Below, piece by piece: positions 10,268-20,034 of a stretch of DNA of 64,000 nt. The stretch is taken from assembly GCA_040005235.1 (NCBI GenBank), contig JBDTZG010000012.1, positions 32,001 through 96,000 on the forward strand. Direction: 5' to 3'. The position numbers were made by a program, and so were the translations under genes. The DNA comes from Acidobacteriota bacterium (lineage in GTDB: Bacteria; Acidobacteriota; Thermoanaerobaculia; Multivoradales; UBA5704). The notes below the pieces were generated by a model. That model saw only the letters and a program-made list of their open reading frames with translations. It did no database searches and was not told where the DNA came from. Numbering within the stretch: position 1 is the stretch's first letter; the number at the start of each line of letters is the position of its first letter.

Positions 10268-10395
10268 TTGCCCCCCCCCGAATAGCCTAGATCACTGGTG
10301 AGCTGGACCACTACTGTTCTGGCCAAGATCACCACCAGATCACTGGTGACCTGGAGGGTCTCCGTCGCGACGATTCCGGCTGTTCAAGTGAATTT

Positions 10396-10435
10396 CGCCG
10401 CCTCGGTGCCGAGCTGGTGCTCGGCGGTCCCGGGG
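10396..10435. repeat. REP-like palindromic element, family A, copy 1
   Basis: cgccgcctcggtGCCGAGCtggtGCTCGGCggtcccgggg; 39/40 identical to 11056-11095. Confidence 0.85.
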
Positions 10436-10522
10436 AAAGGCGCTTGGCCTCGGCGCTTGCGAGTGCGGCCGGGGGTTCCAGGATTCTCCAGTGTTACGCT
10501 CTGCGCTGTTCCTGGAGGAATC

Positions 10523-10991
10523 ATGGACGCGCCAGTTCCTGGAAAGCGGTTCCGGGTGGCTCTCTCGTTTCCCGGCAAGCATCGCGATTTCGTCCGGCAG
10601 GACTCCGACTCGGACCTGATCGCCGTTTTCCTCTGCGCCGAGTATGAGAAGAAGGATTGGTGCCATCTGAAGTGGCGCGCGGTCCGCTCGCCCACGGCTG
10701 CCACGCGGGCCGGCAGCAGGAGGCGTGCGATGAGGTCTACACGAACCGCATCCAGCGAGGTAAGGAAGCCTTCAGCACGAAGAAGCTAGGAGCGATCAGC
10801 GCCGATCTGGGCGCCGTGGCCTGCTTCTTCGATCCTCCCTGGAACCGTTGTTTCTGGCCGATATCGCCTTGATGCGGGTGCGGTTGTTCCGGGACCCCGT
10901 GGCGTTGGGGGAGGCGCGGCGGTTGATCGATGCGCATGGCTATGGGCGGCGGCGGGAGGAGCTGGCGGACTTGACGGCGGAGTTGGGGTAG
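10523..10991 (+). pseudogene. Internally deleted TIR-NTPase-TPR gene relic
   Basis: GGAGGA RBS + ATG; TIR pieces RFRVALSFPG and LIAVFLCAEYEKKDWCHLKW; then AHGCHAGRQQEACDEVY and LADIALMRVRLFRD...GYGRRREELADL in two other frames. Confidence 0.75.
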
Positions 10992-11013
10992 AGGCTCGGC
11001 GGCTGGGGCTTCT

Positions 11014-11094
11014 CCCGGGACCGCCGAGCACCAGCTCGGCTGTTTTTGACGTTTGCGCCGCTTCGGTGCCGAGCTGGTGCTCGGCGGTCCCGGG
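11014..11094. repeat. Inverted REP doublet (REPIN-like), family A, copies 2 and 3
   Basis: Perfect 27-bp inverted repeat, 11014-11040 and 11068-11094, with a 27-nt spacer. Confidence 0.9.
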
Positions 11095-11347
11095 GTGGGC
11101 TTTGTGTAAGGCGGGAACCAACGTCGAGATGTCCGTGCAGGAAAGCCTGAGGGTCGTCCGCCTCGGCGGAGCCAATGGCGTGATGGCAGCCGATCTGGCG
11201 GCGGCGCAAGCGCTCAGCGAGTCCCGCTGGGCGAATGCGGCCGCCGACACGGTGGCGTGACCGTCGAAAGCGGCTTTCCGCCGCTGGATTCGGGCGTCTG
11301 GCACGGAATCCGGGATGCAGAAGGAAAAACGCGCGATTCCTTGATCT

Positions 11348-11550
11348 AGAGCGGCTATCCGAGGCCGCTAGCCGCTCGCAGCCGCCGCAACGTCGCTCTT
11401 CGCGAGCGATAGCTGCTTTCGAGGAGCAATGCCAGCTATTCCGTTCTCGATAGCGGGGTTCCACGGGTGATGGCGGAATCCAGAGCCGGATAGCCGGTCT
11501 CGAAGACCGCAGAGCCGCCATCGACGGCCGATAGCGGCTCTACGGCGCCG
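11348..11550. repeat. Degenerate tandem array, about 10 units of 20-21 nt
   Basis: Units start a(t/g)agc-like at 11348, 11409, 11450, 11490, 11511 and 11531 and often end in gccg. Confidence 0.5.
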
Positions 11551-11692
11551 TTCGGCGTCGTTCCCCGGCGGATTTTCGCGGAATCCGCCGGATGAACGAT
11601 TGCCGCGTAGGAAAGTGAAGCTACAACCACCACTTACGGGATCACCCGCGCGCAGGCTCCTAGGGAGAGGTTTCAGCTCCTCGCGCCGCCTC

Positions 11693-12502
11693 CTACCCGC
11701 GGTTCTTTTCGTAGATCAACTTCAACCCCACCAGAGTGAGCATGGGATCCACCTTCTGGATATACCGCGAGCCGGAGGCGATCATTTCGGCTTGGCCTCC
11801 GGTGGCGACTACGTTCTTCAAGCCGGGGAATTCGGCGACGAGGCGCTCGAGGATTCCGTCGACGAGGCCTACGTAGCCGTAGTAGATGCCGGCTTGCATG
11901 GCGTTTACGGTATTGCGGCCGACCAGTTGATCGGGCTTTTTGACGTCGACGCGGTAGAGGCGCGAGGCGTGGGCGAATAGGGCTTCGGCGGAGATGGTGA
12001 TGCCGGGGCAGATGATGCCTCCAACGTATTCGCCTTTGGCGTTCACCACGTCAAACGTGGTGGCGGTGCCGAAATCGACCACGACGACCGGGGCTCCGTA
12101 CAGTTCTCTTGCGGCGACCGAGTTGACGATCCGGTCGGCACCCACTTCGGCGGGGTTGTCGTAGCGGATCGGCATGCCGGTTTTGACCCCCGGCTCGATG
12201 AACAGGGGGCGCTTGCCGAAGTAGCGCTCGGCGAGTTGGTCCAAGGTGAAATGGAGCGGCGGCACGACCGAGGAGATGACCACCGCTTCCGAAGCCGTGG
12301 GGTCGATGCCCGCGCGCTCGAACAGCGGCAAGAGGAGGGCGCCGTATTCGTCGGCGGTGCGCTCGGCGTCGGTGGAAAGGCGAAAGCTTTCGATCAGCTC
12401 GTCGCCGCGGTAGACGCCGAAAACGGTATTGGTGTTGCCGACGTCGACCAGGACCAGCAGGCCGTCGGTCACGGGGGTCGTGGCTTTTCGCGCGCGGATC
12501 AT
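11693..12502 (-). CDS. coaX: Type III pantothenate kinase
   Basis: DVGNTN, SSVVP, GADR, VVDFGTATTFD, GGIICPG, VATGG. Confidence 0.95.
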   Translation of the reverse strand: MIRARKATTPVTDGLLVLVDVGNTNTVFGVYRGDELIESFRLSTDAERTADEYGALLLPLFERAGIDPTASEAVVISSVVPPLHFTLDQLAERYFGKRPLFIEPGVKTGMPIRYDNPAEVGADRIVNSVAARELYGAPVVVVDFGTATTFDVVNAKGEYVGGIICPGITISAEALFAHASRLYRVDVKKPDQLVGRNTVNAMQAGIYYGYVGLVDGILERLVAEFPGLKNVVATGGQAEMIASGSRYIQKVDPMLTLVGLKLIYEKNRG

Positions 12503-13326
12503 GCGATCACCTCTCCGGCCGAGATCGTGATTTCTTCGAGCGTTCCGGGAACGGCCGCGCCGGGCGGCGACGTCGCCAGGCGCAGGCCCCCGTTGGCGTC
12601 GAAGCCGAGGAACGTTCCGGAGACGGTCCGGTCGCCCATCCGGCAGACCAGCCGATCGCCGACTTGGTGGACCGACAAAGCGCGATAGGCGTCCGCCGCG
12701 TAGGCGGTGTCGCCCAGATGCTTCAGCTCCTCTTCGATCGCGCAGGCGAGGCTTGTCGCCAGCTCCGAAAGCGAGGCGTGCCCCCCTTCGATTTCGAGCG
12801 AGGTCGCGGCGGCGATCGGCAGATCTTCCGGCCGGTGCGAATGGTTGACGCCGAATCCGAGCATCACGATTGCCCCCTCGTCCGTTCGGTGCGCCGCTTC
12901 GATCAGCAGGCCGCCGATCTTACGGCCGGCGATCATGACGTCGTTCGGCCACTTGAGTCGCGGCGCCTGGTCTTCCTCGGGGCTTCCGCCGGCGGGGAGA
13001 AGCGGCGCGAGCCCGCGGCAGATCGCCACCCCGGCGAGCAGCGGAAGGGTCGCCAAGTGCGCCGGATTGGCGACCCAGGTCAGCATCGTCGCATAGATCC
13101 CCAAACCGCCCGGGCTTGCCCACTGCCGTTTCTCGCGCCCGCGCCCCGCGGACTGGGTCCACGCGAAGAGGTAGGCGCGCGGCAGATTCTGGCGCTCGTC
13201 TTCATACTCGGCGGCGATCATCCGCGCCAGGCGGTTCGTCGAGTCGGTGTCGGCGACGATGATGAGGTTCTCGTCGCCGCACGGGTGCCAGCGCGTCAGC
13301 TCGGCGGCGAATGTCGGAAAATCCAC
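12499..13326 (-). CDS. birA: Biotin--[acetyl-CoA-carboxylase] ligase
   Basis: DSTN, QSAGRGR, LKWPND, KIGGLL; no N-terminal HTH. Confidence 0.9.
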   Translation of the reverse strand: MDFPTFAAELTRWHPCGDENLIIVADTDSTNRLARMIAAEYEDERQNLPRAYLFAWTQSAGRGREKRQWASPGGLGIYATMLTWVANPAHLATLPLLAGVAICRGLAPLLPAGGSPEEDQAPRLKWPNDVMIAGRKIGGLLIEAAHRTDEGAIVMLGFGVNHSHRPEDLPIAAATSLEIEGGHASLSELATSLACAIEEELKHLGDTAYAADAYRALSVHQVGDRLVCRMGDRTVSGTFLGFDANGGLRLATSPPGAAVPGTLEEITISAGEVIA

Positions 13327-13346
13327 GATGAGCTCCGGCTCTTTCC

Positions 13347-16097
13347 TCAGCCCGCCAGGCTCGAACGGAGGCTCGACCGGCGGTCTTCCATTTGGGCGAG
13401 CGCGGCTCGGCGTTTCTCCACCACCGGGGCCGGGGCCTTGGCGAGGAAGCTCTCGTCGGCGAGCTGGGCATGGGTCCGCTCGATCTCAAGGTCGAGCTTT
13501 TCGATTTCCTTTTCGAGCTTCGCCCGCTCGGCCGCCTCGTCGCCGCCTTTCTTGGCGCCGAGGATCTTGATTCCGATCCCCGCCACCAGGTCCTCCGGTC
13601 CGCCGTCGGACGTCGACCAGGCGCGCGAGCTGACTTCCAGGGATTCGAGCCGGCAGAGGGCGGCGAACAGCCCCTGCTGCTCGGCGACGAATGCTTCGAG
13701 CACGGGCGATGCGGTCCACAAGCCCACTTTCCGCTCGCGGCCGGTCTCGGCGAGCACGGCGCGGACGCGGGTGACCGCTTCGAACATCGCATCCATCTGC
13801 GCCTCGACCGATTCATCGCGCCAGACAGGGTTCGCCTGCGGATAGGGGGCCAGGCAGATCGTCGAGGGATGGATCTCCGCGCGGCCGGGCAGGCGCTGCC
13901 AGACCTCTTCGGTGAGGAACGGCATCACCGGATGGAGCATGCGGAGAGCCTGGTCGAGCACGGTGAGGAGAACGTCGCCGATCCGCGGCCGGAGCTTGCG
14001 GTCGGCGTCCGAGCCGAGCAGCGCGGGCTTGGCCAGCTCGATGTACCAGTCGCACAGCTCTCCCCAGAAGAAGTGGTAGAGCCGGTTGCACGCCTCGTCG
14101 AAGCGGAAGGTCTCGAACTTCTCGTGGACCTCGGCCGCGGTGGCCGAGAGGCGCGAGAGAATCCAGCGCTCCGGCGCGGCGAGGTCGGCCACGGCAAGAT
14201 CTTCGGGCCGCACCCTGACGCGCGCCCCTTCCGGAATGCGGGCGAGCGCGAAGCGGGTGGCGTTCCAGATCTTGTTGCCGAACGCCCGGTAACCGGCGAT
14301 CTGGTCGGGGTTGAGCGGGATGTCGCGGCCGGGGCTGTCGAGCGAGGCGAGCGTGAAGCGCACCGCATCCGCGCCGTACTCATCGATCAGGTCCACGGGG
14401 TCGAGCACGTTCCCCTTGGTCTTGGACATCTTGACGCCTTCGGCGTCGCGCACCAGGCCGGTGAGGTGGACGGCGGCAAACGGCGATTCCCCGGTGAGAT
14501 GCAGGCCGGCCATCACCATCCGCGCGACCCAGAAGAACAGGATGTCGTGGCCGGTGATCAAGACGGAGGTGGGATAAAACGTCTTCAAATCCGCCGTCTG
14601 CTCCGGCCAGCCGAGGGTTGAAAACGGCCAGAGCGCGGAGGAGAACCAGGTGTCGAGAACGTCCGGGTCTTGGCTCAGCTCCGCGGCGCTCGCCACCCCT
14701 GCCAGACGCACCGCCTCTTCCTCGTCGTGCGCCACGATCGTCTTGCCGTCGCCGGTGTACCAGGCGGGAATCTGATGGCCCCACCAGAGCTGGCGAGAGA
14801 TGCACCAGGGCCGGATGTTCGTCAGCCAGTGCTCCCACGTTTTGCCCCAGGTATCAGGGATCAGCCGCAACCGGCCGTCCTCGACCGCCGCGAGCGCCTG
14901 GGCCGCCATGCCGGACACGTCGCAGAACCATTGGGTGGAGACGAGCGGCTCGATCGCCTCGCCGCCCCGTTGGCTGTGGCCGACGTTGTGGACGTGATCC
15001 TCCACCTTCACCAGATGACCCGCGGCGCGCAACTGCTCGACCACCTTGATCCGCGCCTCTTCGCGGGTGAGCCCGGCGAAATCGGGCCCGGCCTCAGGCG
15101 TCATCCGGCCGGACTTGTCGATCACCGAGATGCCGGGCAGGTTGTGGCGCTTGGCGACCTCCAAGTCGTTCGGGTCGTGAAACGGCGTGATCTTCACGAG
15201 ACCCGTGCCGAATTCGCGATCGACCATCTCGTCGGGCACGAACGGCAGGCGCCGGCCGAGCAGCGGCAGGATCGCCGCCTTCCCCACGAGATGGGCGTAG
15301 CGCTCGTCTTCGGGGTGGAACGCCACGGCCGTGTCGCCGAGCATCGTCTCGGGCCGGGTGGTGGCGACGACGATCCGCTCGCCGGTGCCCTCCGGGTCTC
15401 CGGGCTCCCCTTCGATCAGGTATGAGATGTGGTAGAGCTTGCCCTGTACCGTCTTGGTCTCGACTTCGAGATCGGAAACGGCGGTTTCGAGCACCGGCGA
15501 CCAGTTGACCATGTACTCGCCGCGGGTGATCAGCCCTTCGCGGTAGAGCCGGACGAACGCCTCGCGCACCGCCCGATTGAGCCCTTCGTCCAGCGTGAAG
15601 CGCTCGCGCGTCCAATCGCAGGAGGCGCCCATCAGGTCGAGCTGTTGGCGGATGTTGCCGTGGTATTCCTTCTTCCACTCCCAGGTCCGTTCGAGGAACG
15701 CCTCGCGGCCGAGCGCCTTCCTCGACGTGCCTTCCTTCTCGACCTGCCGCTCGACCATCAACTGCGTGGCGATCCCAGCGTGGTCGGTGCCGGGGAGCCA
15801 GAGCGCGTTTTCGCCGCGCATCCGATGCCAGCGGACCAGGAGGTCCTGAAGGGTCGATTGGAGCGCGTGGCCGATGTGCAGTTTGCCCGTCACGTTCGGC
15901 GGCGGGATCATGATGCAGAAGCTCGGCCGGCCGGGAACCGGGACGACTTCAAAAATCCCCGCCTCCGCCCAACGGCGCTGCCAGACCTGCTCGTAGGTCG
16001 AAGGTTCGAAGCGCTTGTCCATCTCGGACTGGAGCGAGCTTCCCCCGGCTTCGGGCGCGGGATCGGAGGCTTCTGGGGTCGGTTCGGTCGGGCTCAT
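13347..16097 (-). CDS. valS: Valyl-tRNA synthetase
   Basis: PPPNVTGKLHIGH, DHAGIATQ, WCISRQLWWGH, KMSKTKGN, C-terminal coiled coil. Confidence 0.98.
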   Translation of the reverse strand: MSPTEPTPEASDPAPEAGGSSLQSEMDKRFEPSTYEQVWQRRWAEAGIFEVVPVPGRPSFCIMIPPPNVTGKLHIGHALQSTLQDLLVRWHRMRGENALWLPGTDHAGIATQLMVERQVEKEGTSRKALGREAFLERTWEWKKEYHGNIRQQLDLMGASCDWTRERFTLDEGLNRAVREAFVRLYREGLITRGEYMVNWSPVLETAVSDLEVETKTVQGKLYHISYLIEGEPGDPEGTGERIVVATTRPETMLGDTAVAFHPEDERYAHLVGKAAILPLLGRRLPFVPDEMVDREFGTGLVKITPFHDPNDLEVAKRHNLPGISVIDKSGRMTPEAGPDFAGLTREEARIKVVEQLRAAGHLVKVEDHVHNVGHSQRGGEAIEPLVSTQWFCDVSGMAAQALAAVEDGRLRLIPDTWGKTWEHWLTNIRPWCISRQLWWGHQIPAWYTGDGKTIVAHDEEEAVRLAGVASAAELSQDPDVLDTWFSSALWPFSTLGWPEQTADLKTFYPTSVLITGHDILFFWVARMVMAGLHLTGESPFAAVHLTGLVRDAEGVKMSKTKGNVLDPVDLIDEYGADAVRFTLASLDSPGRDIPLNPDQIAGYRAFGNKIWNATRFALARIPEGARVRVRPEDLAVADLAAPERWILSRLSATAAEVHEKFETFRFDEACNRLYHFFWGELCDWYIELAKPALLGSDADRKLRPRIGDVLLTVLDQALRMLHPVMPFLTEEVWQRLPGRAEIHPSTICLAPYPQANPVWRDESVEAQMDAMFEAVTRVRAVLAETGRERKVGLWTASPVLEAFVAEQQGLFAALCRLESLEVSSRAWSTSDGGPEDLVAGIGIKILGAKKGGDEAAERAKLEKEIEKLDLEIERTHAQLADESFLAKAPAPVVEKRRAALAQMEDRRSSLRSSLAG

Positions 16098-16130
16098 GAT
16101 CTCGGTCTCTTCGCTGCCATAGGCGTCTCA

Positions 16131-16159
16131 GTAGGGGCGGGGGGAAACCCCGCCCCTAC
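16131..16159. repeat. GTAG-family REP hairpin
   Basis: GTAGGGGCGGGG-ggaaa-CCCCGCCCCTAC, a perfect 12-bp stem. Confidence 0.8.
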
Positions 16160-16185
16160 ACATTTGGGCCGAGGTTTCTTCAGGT

Positions 16186-17373
16186 TCAGGCGTCGACCGC
16201 GGCTTCGAGCTCGCGGATCCGGTCGCGGATCACGACTTCGGCGAGATCGGGGATGACTTCCCAGGCGACGTCCCGGACCGGACGGTCGCCGATCAGCTCG
16301 ATCACCCGGCGGGCGATCGCGTCGATGTCGGCGTCGGTCAACGCATAGTCGGCGGCGGAACCCGCCGGTGCCGAGGCGATTGATGCCGAGGCGGCCGATG
16401 CGGACGCCGCGGCCGGCGGGGCCGCTGCAGCCGGCGCTGGGGCTACGGGTGCTGGAGCCGCCGCGGCGGGCGCTGCGGGAAAGATCGTCGGCGTCCAGGG
16501 AGCTTCCTGGATCGGCTCGAACGCCGGTTCGGCGATCGAGAGGGCGGCGGGCAGATCGTCGGCGGAAAGATCGAACAGCGGCTCGGGCTCGACGCGCAGG
16601 CCGAGATCGGCCTCGGAGAGCGGCGGCAGAGACGCGCCCTCCTCTTCCACCTCGAAGGTCGACCAGACCGGCTCGGCGGGCGGCAGATAGGCGGGCTCGA
16701 CCCCTACCGGAGGATCGTCGGCGAACGTGAAGGCGGGCTCGGCGGGCGGCGCGGGAGGAGGAGGCGCGAACGCCGGGAACGGATCGGCCGCCGGAGCGGG
16801 CGAGAACGCGAAGCCGCCGAACGGGTCGTTGGCAGGGGCTGCCGGGGGCGTCGAAAACGTTGAGAACGTCGGGGCTGGCGGGGCCATCGGAGCCATCGGC
16901 GCCATCGGAGCCGCGGCGAGCGGCGCAGCCGGAGCGAGCCCGGGGAACGGATCGTCGGCGAAGCTCGGCGGGGCGGGCGGCAGGGCGGCGGGCGGCAGCG
17001 AGGAGGGCGAGCCGGAGGCGAGCAGGTCGTCGACGATCTGCAACAGCTCTTGGGAGTCGAACGGCTTCTTCAGGTGGCGATCCGCGCCGCAGGCCCGCGC
17101 TTCTGCTTCGTCAAAGGGCTCGAACGTGCCGACCAGCAGGAGCACGGGCCGATCCCGGCGGAGCGCTTTGGCGCGGCGGGCGACCTCGTAGCCGTTCGCC
17201 CCCGGCATGTGGACGTCGGCGATGACCACGTCCGGATCGACCGAGTCGAGCAACGCGATCGCTTCGTCGCCGTTGCCGACCGCCCGAACTTCGTAGTCAC
17301 CGTCCATGAAGGTCAGCTCGATCACCTTCTGGATCGTCACGCTGTCGTCGGCCAGCAGGATGCGTCGGCTCAT
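16186..17373 (-). CDS. RomR-like response regulator (REC, Pro/Ala-rich linker, helical C-terminal domain)
   Basis: ILLADDSVTIQKVI...ADVHMP receiver domain; C-terminal VAWEVIPDLAEVVIRD. Confidence 0.8.
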   Translation of the reverse strand: MSRRILLADDSVTIQKVIELTFMDGDYEVRAVGNGDEAIALLDSVDPDVVIADVHMPGANGYEVARRAKALRRDRPVLLLVGTFEPFDEAEARACGADRHLKKPFDSQELLQIVDDLLASGSPSSLPPAALPPAPPSFADDPFPGLAPAAPLAAAPMAPMAPMAPPAPTFSTFSTPPAAPANDPFGGFAFSPAPAADPFPAFAPPPPAPPAEPAFTFADDPPVGVEPAYLPPAEPVWSTFEVEEEGASLPPLSEADLGLRVEPEPLFDLSADDLPAALSIAEPAFEPIQEAPWTPTIFPAAPAAAAPAPVAPAPAAAAPPAAASASAASASIASAPAGSAADYALTDADIDAIARRVIELIGDRPVRDVAWEVIPDLAEVVIRDRIRELEAAVDA

Positions 17374-17419
17374 TGGGTTCGTTCTCCGGTCTGCTTAAAC
17401 TTAAAGCGGCCCCTTAGCT

Positions 17420-17821
17420 TCAGGCCGCCTCTAAACGTTGCTTCAAGTAGTCCACGATGTCTCGGGTCGCCGTACCGGGCAGGAAGATCGCATCCACGCC
17501 CGCGAGTTTGAGCTTCGGAATGTCCGCCGCCGGGATGATCCCCCCGGCGAAGACCAGCACGTCCGCGGCCCCCTGGTCGCGCAACAAGCGCGTCACCTCG
17601 GGCAGCAGGCTGTTGTGCGCACCCGACAGGATCGACAGGCCGACGGCGTCGACGTCCTCCTGCACGGCGGCGGCGGCGATCTGCTCCGGCGTCTGGCGCA
17701 GCCCGGTGTAGATCACCTCGTATCCGGCGTCGCGCAAGGCCCGCGCCACCACTTTCGCTCCCCGATCGTGGCCGTCCAAACCCGGCTTCGCGATCAGCAC
17801 CCGCACCCGTCGATTCGTCAT
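17420..17821 (-). CDS. B12-binding subunit of an acyl-CoA (methylmalonyl-CoA-type) mutase
   Basis: [27 protein letters not shown]. Confidence 0.9.
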   Translation of the reverse strand: MTNRRVRVLIAKPGLDGHDRGAKVVARALRDAGYEVIYTGLRQTPEQIAAAAVQEDVDAVGLSILSGAHNSLLPEVTRLLRDQGAADVLVFAGGIIPAADIPKLKLAGVDAIFLPGTATRDIVDYLKQRLEAA

Positions 17822-18006
17822 AAGTCCCAAGTTTATCAGACGCCTACCCGTTTGGGCGTGGGACACGGTGCCTATCGCTCTGTTAGAATAAGTTCCCCCG
17901 GCCGTGAGGCCGAGAGTCCATTCGCGGGATCCCCATCGATCTCAGCTCAGGCCGCTCAGGCCAAATTTCAGGTCCCTCGGCGGACCAGAAATCGGGACAT
18001 TTTCTA

Positions 18007-20031
18007 ATGAAATACCTTCGCCTTCGTGCCCTTGGTGTACGCCGCTCTCTTCTCACCCTTCTCTGTCTCGCAGCTTCTTTCACCCCGGCGCTCCGCGCCC
18101 AGCAGCCAAGCCTGCCTGCCAACAAGAGCGGCTTCCCGATCTCGATTCCCGGCCAGCTCGTGAACAATGGCAACGGCAACGGCGTGTTCAGCCAGCCGGT
18201 GGCTGCGGACCTCGGCCTCTCGCCGGGATTCAAATCGATCGTCTTCGGCCTACGCAACGGCAGGCTCTACGTGATCTACCGCAATCCGGCCAACGGCGTC
18301 TGGGGAGTGGCGCCCGGCTTTCCAGTGCAGTTGCCGAGCCACATCGCGGCGAGCCCGACGGTCGGCGACGTCACCGGCGACGGGGTCGCCGAGATCGCGG
18401 TCGGCTACGGCTCGACGCTACAGGGCGCGCCACCGAACCCCGCGCCCGGAGGGTTCCGGGTCTACCGCAACAACGGCACGCTGCTCTGGCAGAAGATCAC
18501 CGAAGATCGGGTGGAGGGCGTGGACGGCCAGCCCGACCCGGTGGTCGGCTCGGCGGCGATCGGCGACGTCGATGGCGACGGCGATCCCGACGTAGTGTTC
18601 GGCGGGTTCGATTACAACCTCTACCTGGTCGACGGTCCGACCGGCAACAACCTTGCCGGCTGGCCGAAGTTCATGCGCGACACGGTGTTCTCGTCGCCCG
18701 TTCTCCACGACATCGACGGCGACGGCAAGAAAGACGTGATCTTGGGCGTCGACGCCCATCAGGAAGGCTCGCCGTTCTTCACCCCGAACGGCGGCTGCCT
18801 GCGCGTCTTCCGCTACGACGCCACCGGCACCGGCTTATCGAGCATGACCATGTTGGGCTCGCCGATCAGCGAAATCCCGGGCTTTCCCAAGTGCGTCGAC
18901 CAGGTGATCGTAAGCTCCCCCGCGGTGGGCGACATCGACGGCGACGGCCGTCCGGAGATCATCCACGGCACGGGCTCGTTTTATGCCGGCCGCCAGCAAA
19001 AGATCTACGGCTGGCACTGCGACGGCTCGCCGGTCTGGGGTAGCGTCGCCAACCCGGGCCTCGCGGTGACCGGCCAGGTGATCACCGATCCGGCGCTTGC
19101 CGACATCACCGGCGACGGCATTCTCGACGTCCTCTTCACCACCGACAACACCTCGCCGGCCACGACGTTCCTACTTCACGCCGTCCGCGCGAACGGCACC
19201 GACATCTTCCCGCCGGTGGCGCCGAAGAGCTTTTTCGGCAATACCCCGAACGCGGGCGACCCGATCGTCGCCGACGTTCTCGGCGACACGGCGCTCGAAA
19301 TCCTGGTGCCGGTCAATACCGAGGTCGCGGCGTTCACCACCGCGGGCGTGCAACTCACCGAGACGACGCCGCACCCGAATCCGGTCGTCAAGCCGAGCTT
19401 CTATACCGCCAACACCGTCTCCGGCGTGGCGGTCACCGATCTCGAAACCAACGGCGCGGGCGCTCAGTCCGAGGTGGTCGTGGTCTCCGCAACGCCGTTC
19501 TCAACCCAGAGCGATACCCAGGTCAACGTCTGGACCCCGATCAACCGGGTCGGCGCCATGCCCTGGCCGATGTTCCACCAAAATCCGCTGCGCACCGGGG
19601 TGGTCCCGGGAACGGGACCTTGCGCGGTTCACGGCGTGTGCAACATCTCCAACGTCGCCCGTCAGTTCTTCACCCTCTCCCCTTGCCGGATCCTCGACAC
19701 GCGCAACGCCAACGGACCCTACGGCGGGCCGGCCCTCACCTCGGGTGCCCTGCGCGACTTCTCGGTCTTCGGCGTCTGCGGCATTCCGATCACCGCGCGC
19801 GCGATCTCGACCAACGTCACCGTGGTCGCGCCCACCAGCAGCGGCTTCGTCCGCTTCTCACCCGGCTGCGAAGTCCCGGTCCCCGCGGTGGTCAATTTCT
19901 CGCCCAATCAGGTCCGCGGCAACAACGCGGTTCTGTCGATCAGCGACACGGGCGTCCTCACCGGCAACTCCTTCGTCGGCGGCAACGGCACGGTCCACGT
20001 GATCGTGGACGTGAACGGGTATTACCAGTAG
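18007..20031 (+). CDS. Secreted FG-GAP/VCBS repeat protein
   Basis: Signal peptide; repeated SP.(V)GDIDGDG; C-terminal FFTLSPCRILDTR...VIVDVNGYY module. Confidence 0.85.
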   Translation: MKYLRLRALGVRRSLLTLLCLAASFTPALRAQQPSLPANKSGFPISIPGQLVNNGNGNGVFSQPVAADLGLSPGFKSIVFGLRNGRLYVIYRNPANGVWGVAPGFPVQLPSHIAASPTVGDVTGDGVAEIAVGYGSTLQGAPPNPAPGGFRVYRNNGTLLWQKITEDRVEGVDGQPDPVVGSAAIGDVDGDGDPDVVFGGFDYNLYLVDGPTGNNLAGWPKFMRDTVFSSPVLHDIDGDGKKDVILGVDAHQEGSPFFTPNGGCLRVFRYDATGTGLSSMTMLGSPISEIPGFPKCVDQVIVSSPAVGDIDGDGRPEIIHGTGSFYAGRQQKIYGWHCDGSPVWGSVANPGLAVTGQVITDPALADITGDGILDVLFTTDNTSPATTFLLHAVRANGTDIFPPVAPKSFFGNTPNAGDPIVADVLGDTALEILVPVNTEVAAFTTAGVQLTETTPHPNPVVKPSFYTANTVSGVAVTDLETNGAGAQSEVVVVSATPFSTQSDTQVNVWTPINRVGAMPWPMFHQNPLRTGVVPGTGPCAVHGVCNISNVARQFFTLSPCRILDTRNANGPYGGPALTSGALRDFSVFGVCGIPITARAISTNVTVVAPTSSGFVRFSPGCEVPVPAVVNFSPNQVRGNNAVLSISDTGVLTGNSFVGGNGTVHVIVDVNGYYQ

Positions 20032-20034
20032 GGG

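Noticed and set aside
11129-11260. 43-aa ORF MSVQESLRVV...
   Set aside because: No RBS or recognisable motif; lies in repeat-rich intergenic DNA
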